Below are positions 8,644 to 17,176 of a stretch of 34,982 nt of DNA, one piece after another. Made by a program: the position numbers and the translations under genes. This DNA is from an uncultured Porphyromonadaceae bacterium (lineage in GTDB: Bacteria; Bacteroidota; Bacteroidia; Bacteroidales; Muribaculaceae), in contig CAMWIF010000001.1 in NCBI GenBank assembly GCA_947174225.1, positions 1-34,982 of the forward strand. Reading direction: 5' to 3'. How positions within the stretch are numbered: position 1 is the stretch's first letter; each line of letters starts with the position of its first letter. Below the pieces are notes generated by a model. It saw only the letters and a program-made list of their open reading frames with translations. It ran no database searches and was not told the origin of the DNA.

Positions 8644-11600
8644 ATGTCACGAGCCGGGAAAATAGTTGTTTGCGTTGGAGCAGCCCTTGCCGTCATATGT
8701 GTGGCTTGGGCTATATATGCGTATTGGTTCAGTCCTACAAGGATCTTGATAGTGAATCCATTACCGGCTCAGGAGGCTGAGATTGTTCTCAATAATGACA
8801 GCCGGAGTATTAAGGTGAAATGTCAGAGCATGGAGACGGTAACGGATTTTGACCACTATGATGCTGTGCTTATGTATGGTCGCGGCCTGTATCTCGACTC
8901 GTTGCAGTTGGAGTCGCTTGACAAGGCAGCCCGTAAAGGGATTCCGATCTTTACCAATACCCTAAGAAATTTCAGCTTTGTAGTGACACATAATCTTGAT
9001 TCCTTGCAGATAGAGATGTTGCAGCTGTACTTCTCAAATCCGTGCCGGACAAACTACCGTAATATGCTGCGCTATGTGCGTCATATAGCTACTCCTCAAC
9101 GCATTGGCGACCAAGACTATTCAGAGCCTTTGGCTATGCCCTCTAATATGTATTACCATCTTGAAGCAGGAAAATATTTCGACAAGGCAGACCAGCTTAC
9201 TGCTTATCTTAAAAAGAAAGGTCTTTATTCTCCTTCCGGTAGGAATATAGCATTCGTATCCGGAGTGAATTTCCCTGTTGAGAATAACCGGGCCCACATT
9301 GATACCCTTGTATCTCGTCTCACTGAGGAAGGTTATAATGTCTATCCGTTGACAGCCACCGGTAAGGCTCGGGCAAAGATGATAAAAGAAGTTAACCCTC
9401 AAGCTATAATTTATCTTCCGATGGGGAGGCTTGGCAATGATTCGCTGATAAATTGGGCCTACGACAAGCAGATTCCTTTATTTATGCCTTATCCTCTGAT
9501 TCAGTCTCGTGAGGAATGGCTCGATGTCAACAGCCCTATGGGTGGGGGGACACTAAACGCACGGATTGTAGTGCCTGAAATTGATGGTGGAATGACTCCA
9601 CTGTGTATTTCGACCCAGGATGCCTCACCGGAAGGATATCTTCTTTATACACCTGATCCGGAACGTATGAATGCGTTTATAGAACAATTTGACCGGTTTA
9701 TGAAGTTGCGTGATACGTCGGCTTCAGAAAAGAGAATAGCGATAGGATATTTTAAGTCGCCCGGAAAAGACGCACTTTTAGCTTCCGGTATGGAGGTAGT
9801 ACCGTCTCTTTACAACTTTTTAAAGCGACTGGAAAAAGAGGGTTATGATGTGAGTGGTCTGCCCCTAACGCTTGAGGAATTCAGACAGCAACTTATGGCC
9901 TATGGCAGTGTGATGGGTTCATATGCTCCCTCCGCTCAAGAAAAATTTATGGACTATACCAATCCTATATGGATAGATAAGAGTGATTATGAAAGATGGG
10001 CTAAGGAGACACTTCTTCCACATAAGTATGCAGAGGTGGAGGAGCGTTATGGTAAGGCTCCCGGTAGCTTGTTGGCACGTGGTGATAGCCTTGCCATAGC
10101 TACGATAAGATACGGCAACATCCTTCTCTTCCCTCAACCGCGACCTGCCTTGGGCAATGATGAATTTAAACTTGTACATGGTGCCGAGGTGGCGCCTCCC
10201 CACAGTTACATTGCTCCTTACTTATATATGCAAAAAGAGTTTGATGCCGATGTGCTGATTCATTTCGGTACACATGGCAACCTGGAGTTCACTCCCGGTA
10301 AAAATGCCGGGCTCTCTCAGGCAGACTGGGCAGAGGTGCTTGTGGGCAATCGTCCTCATTTCTATTTCTATACTACAGGTAATGTCGGAGAATCTATAAT
10401 AGCTAAACGTCGTAGTCATGCAGTGATTGTAACTTATCTTACCCCTCCATACGTTGAAAGTGGATTACGTCAGAAGTATGCTGTGCTTATCGAGCGTCTG
10501 CATCAAGCTATCGTTGACCCAACAAAAAACACTTCAGATCTAAAGCAGGAAATCATAGGCTATGGACTCCATAAAGACTTAGATCTCGACTCGGTTGGCA
10601 CAGGTATATACAGTCTGGATGAACTTAAGAAGATCGATGCTTTTGTTGAGGAGTTAGTGAATGAGAAAATCACCGGAGCCTATTACACTATGGGTCAGCC
10701 CTACTCTCCCAAAGATATGCTCACCACAGTGATTGCCATCACTGCGGATGAGTTGGCTTATTCACGTGCTAAAGAGGAGTATGAGAAGGGCAGGATAAGT
10801 AAGGAAGAGTTGCAGGATTTCACTTTTATTTCACATCACTATCTTCCGGAAGCAAAACGTGACCTGACTAAATTACTCACAGGACAAGCTTCCTGCAACA
10901 CAGTTAATAATGAGAAGGCACTTCAAGTTAAGGCACTATTGACTGAATCAGCCGGTGCTGAAATAGATGCTATGGTCAATGCATTGAAAGGTGTTCCCGT
11001 GCGTCCGGCTCCGGGTGGTGATCCGGTTCTGAATCCCAATGTTCTTCCGATGGGACGTAATATGTATAGCATTAATGCTGAGGCAACTCCCGGGGAAAAG
11101 GCTTGGGAAAACGGGGTGGCGCTTGCAGAACAAACATTGACTACATATCGAGAAAAACACGGGGAATATCCAAAGAAGGTGAGTTATACTTTCTGGGCAG
11201 GTGAATTTATATCTTCTCAAGGCGCTACCGTCGCACAAGCATTACGTATGCTGGGTGTGGAACCGATACGCGATGAACAAGGGCGCGTTATGGATCTTCG
11301 GCTAATACCTTCCGAACAACTTGGCAGACCTCGTATAAATGTCCACGTGCAGGTATCGGGCCAGCTACGCGACATAGCCGGATCTCGTCTTAAGATGATT
11401 ACGGATGCCGTGAAGCTTGCTTCGACGGCATCGGATGACATTTATCCTAACTATGTGGCTGAAGGATCTCTTGAGCAGGAAAAAAGGATGGTAGAGAAGG
11501 GGGAGTCGCCAAAACGTGCACGTGAATTATCGACTATGCGTGTGTTCGGACCGGTGAATTCAGGCTACAGCACCGGTATGCTCGGGTATACGGAGAGTTC

Positions 11601-12534
11601 CGGTGAATGGGACAACAGGAATGAATTGGCTGAGGGCTATTTCAATAATATGTGCGCTATGTATGGTGACGAGGATAATTGGGGTTTGATGAACCGTGAT
11701 GCCTTGGAAGCCGGTGTAGCCGATACTGATATAATCATACAACCTCGACAAAGCAATACTTGGGGCCCGATTTCGCTTGACCACGTTTATGAATTCACAG
11801 GTGCGCTCTCCCTTGCTGCCACTGTTGTCAGTGGTAAAGAACCGGATGCAGTGATGGCTGATTACCGTAATACCTATCTACCTCGTCTTCAGGATACCAA
11901 AGAAGCTGTGGCAGTAGAAACAAGGGCAACTATCCTTAATCCGGAATTTATAAAGGAGCGTATGAAAGGAGGTGCTACCACCGCGCAGATGTTTGGCGAG
12001 ATCTTCCGTAATATTTTTGGTTGGAGTGCCACGCGTCCCGGGGTTTTGAATGAGAATATCTACGATGATCTACACGATATCTATGTAGAGGATATGTATG
12101 ATCTTGGTGTGAAGGAATATTTCGAAAGGGTAAATCCGGCGGCCCTTCAGGAAATGACGGCTACTATGCTCGAAAGCGCCCGTAAGGGTTTTTGGAAACC
12201 GAGTGATGAACAACTTGCCACAACTGCCAAAATACATTCAGAGATTACAGCTAATCACGGAGCACCATGTACGGAGTTTGTATGTGGAAATAAAAAACTC
12301 CAGGATTACATTGCCCGTCATCTCAATAAGGAGAGTGCTGAACGGTATAATAAAGATATGGCAGCTGCTGTGTCTGAATCGTCGGGAGCAAGGGTGCTAA
12401 AAGAGGAAAGTCGCAGCTTATTATCTCCTACCTCTGAAAATACTGCATCCATTTATGTGGTGTTGTCCGTCATTATATTCTTGGCGTTCCTTGTGATTGG
12501 TCTGTGGTTAAAGAAACGAAAGGATAAGATATGA
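8644..12534 (+). CDS. cobN: CobN/Mg-chelatase large-subunit family protein (HmuS/BtuS-like), membrane-anchored at both ends
   Basis: PEIDGG, PPHSYIAPY, HFGTHGNLEFTPGK, PGGDPVLNPNVLPMGRN, LGRPRINV..QVSGQLRD and DHVYEFTG motifs. N-terminal TM and C-terminal TM ending in KKRKDKI. Family is secure, but it is probably not the aerobic CobNST enzyme. Confidence 0.88.
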   Translation: MSRAGKIVVCVGAALAVICVAWAIYAYWFSPTRILIVNPLPAQEAEIVLNNDSRSIKVKCQSMETVTDFDHYDAVLMYGRGLYLDSLQLESLDKAARKGIPIFTNTLRNFSFVVTHNLDSLQIEMLQLYFSNPCRTNYRNMLRYVRHIATPQRIGDQDYSEPLAMPSNMYYHLEAGKYFDKADQLTAYLKKKGLYSPSGRNIAFVSGVNFPVENNRAHIDTLVSRLTEEGYNVYPLTATGKARAKMIKEVNPQAIIYLPMGRLGNDSLINWAYDKQIPLFMPYPLIQSREEWLDVNSPMGGGTLNARIVVPEIDGGMTPLCISTQDASPEGYLLYTPDPERMNAFIEQFDRFMKLRDTSASEKRIAIGYFKSPGKDALLASGMEVVPSLYNFLKRLEKEGYDVSGLPLTLEEFRQQLMAYGSVMGSYAPSAQEKFMDYTNPIWIDKSDYERWAKETLLPHKYAEVEERYGKAPGSLLARGDSLAIATIRYGNILLFPQPRPALGNDEFKLVHGAEVAPPHSYIAPYLYMQKEFDADVLIHFGTHGNLEFTPGKNAGLSQADWAEVLVGNRPHFYFYTTGNVGESIIAKRRSHAVIVTYLTPPYVESGLRQKYAVLIERLHQAIVDPTKNTSDLKQEIIGYGLHKDLDLDSVGTGIYSLDELKKIDAFVEELVNEKITGAYYTMGQPYSPKDMLTTVIAITADELAYSRAKEEYEKGRISKEELQDFTFISHHYLPEAKRDLTKLLTGQASCNTVNNEKALQVKALLTESAGAEIDAMVNALKGVPVRPAPGGDPVLNPNVLPMGRNMYSINAEATPGEKAWENGVALAEQTLTTYREKHGEYPKKVSYTFWAGEFISSQGATVAQALRMLGVEPIRDEQGRVMDLRLIPSEQLGRPRINVHVQVSGQLRDIAGSRLKMITDAVKLASTASDDIYPNYVAEGSLEQEKRMVEKGESPKRARELSTMRVFGPVNSGYSTGMLGYTESSGEWDNRNELAEGYFNNMCAMYGDEDNWGLMNRDALEAGVADTDIIIQPRQSNTWGPISLDHVYEFTGALSLAATVVSGKEPDAVMADYRNTYLPRLQDTKEAVAVETRATILNPEFIKERMKGGATTAQMFGEIFRNIFGWSATRPGVLNENIYDDLHDIYVEDMYDLGVKEYFERVNPAALQEMTATMLESARKGFWKPSDEQLATTAKIHSEITANHGAPCTEFVCGNKKLQDYIARHLNKESAERYNKDMAAAVSESSGARVLKEESRSLLSPTSENTASIYVVLSVIIFLAFLVIGLWLKKRKDKI

Positions 12535-13031
12535 CCGTGATCTTAGTTATGTTTTACGTTATGATTGCCTTGACTACATTGGTCAGGCTCTCACTGATGT
12601 CAATCAAGATTTGGTTGGCAATAGTGGCTTTATGGGGTCTTGTAGCTATGGTCATCACTTATTGTATATCGGGACTTACTCCGGCTGAAATTTCTAATCT
12701 GTTGAATATTAGAAATGTTGTGATAGGGGAGTTTATAGAACTGCTTATCTTTATAACGTGGCTCTTTTCTTCAGGAGGTAAAAGTAGGATATTAGGCATA
12801 TATCCCGGAGTGATGATTTGTGTTCCGATTGCTTTCTTATCCGCTTCTTCATATCGGGTTTTTCCGGGAATGGATTTCACTGTCATTGCCATATTGACGG
12901 GCGTATCGGTCTATGTGGCTATGATTGGTTTTATTTTTCTTTGCCGTTATTTCCGATTACATAAGGAGAGTCTTTATGAGATTTCTCTGCTTAATGTTCT
13001 GGTGTGTGTCTCAACGTTTGGTTTATCATGA
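12531..13031 (+). CDS. Small integral membrane protein, HmuT-like by position
   Basis: 166 aa with about 5-6 hydrophobic segments. ATGA-coupled between the CobN-like and MotA/ExbB-like genes, the position hmuT occupies in hmuSTUV. Confidence 0.7.
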   Translation: MTVILVMFYVMIALTTLVRLSLMSIKIWLAIVALWGLVAMVITYCISGLTPAEISNLLNIRNVVIGEFIELLIFITWLFSSGGKSRILGIYPGVMICVPIAFLSASSYRVFPGMDFTVIAILTGVSVYVAMIGFIFLCRYFRLHKESLYEISLLNVLVCVSTFGLS

Positions 13032-13618
13032 AAATAATATCTGAAATACTTTTTATTATATCAAATGGTCTGTTGATTCCTGTGATTCTTTTGCTTCTTT
13101 ATTTTTTTGTTAAAGGTCTGTGGATTTTGGCAGGTTGTTATAGCCGTTGGTGGCTTCATAATCGTGTAGGTTCTGCTATTGGTCATACCGTACAGAATTT
13201 CTCTCCCGAACTGCTTGAAAACACTCTGTCGGATTTGGCTGATATTCGTGGGTGTGCTGTAATTGATTATCTTAGCCGTATTGTGGTACATAAGGAGGAT
13301 CGGCCATACTGTGAATATGAGCTTGCAGATTTTCAGATTGAGGTTCAAGGTATTCTGTCAAGATATAGAATCTTAATAAAAATAGGGCCGATGTTAGGAC
13401 TTATGGGCACATTGATACCTATGGGGCCGGCTCTTGTCGGACTTGCAGTTGGCGACATTGCTTCGATGGCTTATAATATGCAGGTTGCCTTTGCCACTAC
13501 GGTGGTCGGTATGCTTGTAGCGGGTATAGGCTTACTGGCTCTACAATTAAATCAGCGTTTCTATGCCCGGTGTTTGAACGACCTTGAGTTTATAACCCAT
13601 AAAATCATTGCTGAATGA
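13028..13618 (+). CDS. MotA/TolQ/ExbB proton-channel family protein (HmuU-like)
   Basis: KIGPMLGLMGTLIPMGPAL...MQVAFATTVVG. Start at ATG 13028 (ATGA overlap with the upstream stop). Confidence 0.9.
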   Translation: MKIISEILFIISNGLLIPVILLLLYFFVKGLWILAGCYSRWWLHNRVGSAIGHTVQNFSPELLENTLSDLADIRGCAVIDYLSRIVVHKEDRPYCEYELADFQIEVQGILSRYRILIKIGPMLGLMGTLIPMGPALVGLAVGDIASMAYNMQVAFATTVVGMLVAGIGLLALQLNQRFYARCLNDLEFITHKIIAE

Positions 13619-13944
13619 AAGAGAATCCTATACTCCGAGCTGATGAAGAGGATAATCCTCTGGGTATGCTTACGAATTTGTTTGATGTGGCTATGGTGTT
13701 TGCTGTTGCGCTGATGGTGGCCTTGGTAAGTCATTTTAATATGAGTGAGATATTTTCAAATGAAGATTTTACCATAGTGAAGAATCCCGGTGCCGAAAAT
13801 ATGGAGATTATAACAAAAGAGGGGGGAAAGATAAGAAAATACACCCCGGCTGATAATACTTCATCCGACCAAGGCTCCAAAGGAAAAAGGATAGGTGCGG
13901 CTTATCAGCTTGAGAATGGTGAGATAATATATATTCCTGAATAA
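13615..13944 (+). CDS. DUF2149 family protein (HmuV-like, ExbD-like single TM)
   Basis: EEDNPLGMLTNLFDVAMVFAVALMVALV, KNPG..NMEII.K.G, and C-terminal GKRIGAAYQLENGEIIYIPE. Confidence 0.88.
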   Translation: MKENPILRADEEDNPLGMLTNLFDVAMVFAVALMVALVSHFNMSEIFSNEDFTIVKNPGAENMEIITKEGGKIRKYTPADNTSSDQGSKGKRIGAAYQLENGEIIYIPE

Positions 13945-13965
13945 ATACTTATAATCAGTTGTGTT

Positions 13966-15108
13966 ATGAATAAATATATGTTTATTCCGCTCCTTTTGGG
14001 GGTAGTCCTTATGATTTCGTGTGGTGGGCAAGGACGCTCTGGCTATACCGGGCACGAACAAGTGTATGTGGATTCGGCTTCGATGATCACACCTACATAT
14101 GCTAAAGGTTTCAATGTGACCTATGGCAGCGACGTTACGCTCCTTGACATTAATGATCCTGAAAATCTTGAATCGGAGCAATTTCACTTTGCTTTGGTCA
14201 ATAAAGACTTTGAAGGGAGAATACCCGAAGGTTATACACGTTTGAATGTGCCTATAGAATCAGCTATCTGTATGACATCGCTCCAACTCTCCAATTTTCT
14301 AAAACTTGACATACCGGAGAAAGTGGTAGGCATCACAAGCACACGCCATCTGCACAATGAGAAGATGAATCAGCAGCTAAAGAGTGGCAAAACACACAAG
14401 ATAGGGATCGAGGGCAATTTTGACAACGAGGTGATAATGTCGATAAATCCCGATGTGATTTTCATCTCGCCGTTCAAACGCGGAGGATATGACGCGATAC
14501 GTAATGTGGACATACCGATGGTTCCTCATCTCGGTTATAAGGAACTGACCCCTTTGGGACAGGCTGAATGGATTAAGGTTATCGGTCTATTAACCGGAAA
14601 TGCAGCTAAAGCGAATTCTATCTTTGGTGAAATAGAAGCGAGATATAACGGATTAAAAGCCATGGTTGACACTGTGTCGGAGCGTCCGACCGTGTTCAGT
14701 GGAGAGATGCGAGGTGGCAATTGGTATGCGGTAGGAGGAAAGAGTTTCCTTGCACAGATGTTCAGGGATGCCGGAGGTGACTATTTCCTTAAGGATAACA
14801 AGGAGTCCGGAGGTGTGACCTTAGACTATGAGACAGTCTACACTAATGCTGCCCATGCCGACTACTGGCGTATAGTCAATAGTTTTGAAGGGGATTACGG
14901 GTATAATGTGTTGAAGGAGCAAGACAACCGCTATACTGATTTCGATGCGTGGAGAAATAAGGGAGTAATCTACTGTAATATGAAGGAGGTGCCTTTTTAC
15001 GAACGTATGCCGGTTGAACCGGAAGAGGTGTTGGCTGACTTTATTCATATTTTTCATCCGGGTATTCTCCCGAATCATCAACCAAGCTATTATCATCTGC
15101 TGAAATGA
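13966..15108 (+). CDS. ABC transporter substrate-binding lipoprotein (iron-siderophore/cobalamin class, BtuF-like)
   Basis: Lipobox LMIS-C, YAKGF, E.TPLGQAEWIK, and P..VLADFIHIFHP, typical of Bacteroides class III binding proteins. Confidence 0.85.
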   Translation: MNKYMFIPLLLGVVLMISCGGQGRSGYTGHEQVYVDSASMITPTYAKGFNVTYGSDVTLLDINDPENLESEQFHFALVNKDFEGRIPEGYTRLNVPIESAICMTSLQLSNFLKLDIPEKVVGITSTRHLHNEKMNQQLKSGKTHKIGIEGNFDNEVIMSINPDVIFISPFKRGGYDAIRNVDIPMVPHLGYKELTPLGQAEWIKVIGLLTGNAAKANSIFGEIEARYNGLKAMVDTVSERPTVFSGEMRGGNWYAVGGKSFLAQMFRDAGGDYFLKDNKESGGVTLDYETVYTNAAHADYWRIVNSFEGDYGYNVLKEQDNRYTDFDAWRNKGVIYCNMKEVPFYERMPVEPEEVLADFIHIFHPGILPNHQPSYYHLLK

Positions 15109-16139
15109 GCCGGAGCAAGACTGTAATTCTGATGATTGTATTGGCGGTCACGATTATCCTGTTTTTTATCCTGAACTTATTATTGGGTTCTGTAGAGATA
15201 CCGATGTCTGACATTCTTGGAATCTTGATCGGACAGGATAATGACAATACGATATGGACTAATATTGTGCTTAAGTCGAGATTGCCCCAGGCAGCTACGG
15301 CAGCTATGGCGGGAGCGGGACTTGCCGTGAGTGGACTCTTGATGCAGACAGTCTTTCGTAATCCGCTTGCCGGGCCATCGGTGTTAGGTATAAGTTCAGG
15401 TGCCAGCCTTGGTGTGGCTTGTGTGGTATTGGTGTCAGGAAGTGTGGGAGGTATGGCCCTGAGCAAGCTCGGGGTAATTGGTGAGGTCACCATAACTCTG
15501 TCGGCAGTTGTTGGTTCTCTGTTGATAATGGCTCTCATAGCTTTTGTAGCACAAAAAGTGAGAGGCAACGTCACGTTGCTCATTATGGGCGTGATGATCG
15601 GATATATCGCCAATGCCATAATAGGTGTGCTGAAATTCTTTAGTGCGGAGGAAGATATCCGTGCCTATGTAATATGGGGACTTGGTAGCTTTTCACGTGT
15701 TTCCGGTGGTCAGACCACAGTCTTTATTGTTCTGATGTGTCTGTTATTGCCCACGGCCTTTTTTCTGATTAAAACGCTTAATCTCTTGCTGCTTGGTGAT
15801 TCTTATGCCCGTAATTTGGGCTTGAATATCAAGAGGGCACGTCTGCTTGTCATAAGTTGCTCCGGAGTGTTGGTGGCAGTGGTCACGGCTTATTGTGGCC
15901 CGGTGGTGTTTCTTGGTCTTGCTGTGCCTCACATATGCCGTGGACTGTTTCATACATCCAACCATGCCACTATTCTTCCTGCGTCGCTATTGGGAGGCGC
16001 TTCTTTGGCTCTGCTCTGCAATCTAATAGCACGTATGCCCGGTTTTGAGGGAGCGTTACCTGTCAACTCGGTCACTGCTCTTGTGGGTGCTCCGGTTGTG
16101 ATGTGGGTATTATTTGATAAACGTAAAAACGAAGTATGA
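15105..16139 (+). CDS. FecCD/BtuC-family ABC permease
   Basis: SRLPQA, GLLMQTVFRNPLAGPSVLGISSGA, LLLGDSYARNLG and GPVVFLGLAVPH. Confidence 0.93.
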   Translation: MSRSKTVILMIVLAVTIILFFILNLLLGSVEIPMSDILGILIGQDNDNTIWTNIVLKSRLPQAATAAMAGAGLAVSGLLMQTVFRNPLAGPSVLGISSGASLGVACVVLVSGSVGGMALSKLGVIGEVTITLSAVVGSLLIMALIAFVAQKVRGNVTLLIMGVMIGYIANAIIGVLKFFSAEEDIRAYVIWGLGSFSRVSGGQTTVFIVLMCLLLPTAFFLIKTLNLLLLGDSYARNLGLNIKRARLLVISCSGVLVAVVTAYCGPVVFLGLAVPHICRGLFHTSNHATILPASLLGGASLALLCNLIARMPGFEGALPVNSVTALVGAPVVMWVLFDKRKNEV

Positions 16140-17164
16140 TGAAGGAGGAAACTATACATCTTATTAATCTTGCTACGGGCTATCATGATAAAAAAGGTAC
16201 CACAGTCATTACGAATAATATCAACGCCTGCCTTTACAACGGTGAGCTTACATGTCTTTTAGGACCGAACGGGGCGGGCAAATCTACATTGCTCAAAACC
16301 CTGACCGCTTTCCTCCCGCCGGTGAGAGGAGAGATTATAATAGAACACAAACCGTTGTGTGAATATTCCGACAGTGAATTGTCGCGGGTCATAGGAGTGG
16401 TGCTGACTGAAAAATTGGCTATAAATAATATGTCGGTAGATGAATTGGTAGGGATGGGTAGAAGCCCCTATACCGGTTTTTGGGGACGTATGGATAATCA
16501 TGACCGTGAAGTAGTGGATGAGGCTATCTCGCTGGTAGGGATAGAGCATCTCCGTGGACGTATGATACAGACACTCAGCGACGGCGAAAGGCAGAAGGTA
16601 ATGATAGCTAAGGCACTCGCTCAGGAGACACCGATTATCTTCCTTGATGAGCCTACAGCTTTTCTTGACTATCCAAGTAAAGTGGAAATTATGCAGCTGC
16701 TGCAGAAATTGGCCCGCGACAGGAATAAGACAGTGTTTCAGTCAACCCACGATCTTGAGTTGGCGTTGCAGATAGCTGATAAGATATGGCTTCTTGACAA
16801 ATCGCACGGCTTGACCGTAGGCTCTCCGGAGGATTTATCGCTCAATGGGGATATGTCGGTCTATTTCCATAGGGAGGGCGTAGACTTTGATATGGAGACA
16901 GGGTTATTCAGAATAGCACATGATATGCGTCACCGTATTACTTTGGAGGGTTCCGGATCGAGAGCGAATATGGTTAAGAAGGGTTTGGCACGACACGGAA
17001 TAACAACCATTTCCGAACACGAGCCCGGACTACATTTTATAAAAGTGGAACGTGACAATTATTATCTTGACAATAAGCCATATTCTTCGATTGACACTCT
17101 TCTTGAAGCTGTGGTAAATCTGGTTAATAAGATTGATGGGATAGATACTAAATTATCTACTTGA
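16136..17164 (+). CDS. ABC ATP-binding subunit (FecE/BtuD-like)
   Basis: Walker A GPNGAGKST, signature LSDGERQK, Walker B IIFLDEPT, and H-loop STHD. Confidence 0.95.
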   Translation: MMKEETIHLINLATGYHDKKGTTVITNNINACLYNGELTCLLGPNGAGKSTLLKTLTAFLPPVRGEIIIEHKPLCEYSDSELSRVIGVVLTEKLAINNMSVDELVGMGRSPYTGFWGRMDNHDREVVDEAISLVGIEHLRGRMIQTLSDGERQKVMIAKALAQETPIIFLDEPTAFLDYPSKVEIMQLLQKLARDRNKTVFQSTHDLELALQIADKIWLLDKSHGLTVGSPEDLSLNGDMSVYFHREGVDFDMETGLFRIAHDMRHRITLEGSGSRANMVKKGLARHGITTISEHEPGLHFIKVERDNYYLDNKPYSSIDTLLEAVVNLVNKIDGIDTKLST

Positions 17165-17176
17165 TATTCAGAAAAT

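Noticed and set aside
8644-12534. Aerobic (late-cobalt) B12 pathway implied by cobN
   Set aside because: There are no chelatase CobS/CobT, CobG or CobF genes. CbiD, CbiG and CbiK indicate the anaerobic route, and the protein is membrane-anchored.
15041-15619. 192-aa - strand ORF
   Set aside because: Antisense shadow of the ABC permease, with no independent signals.
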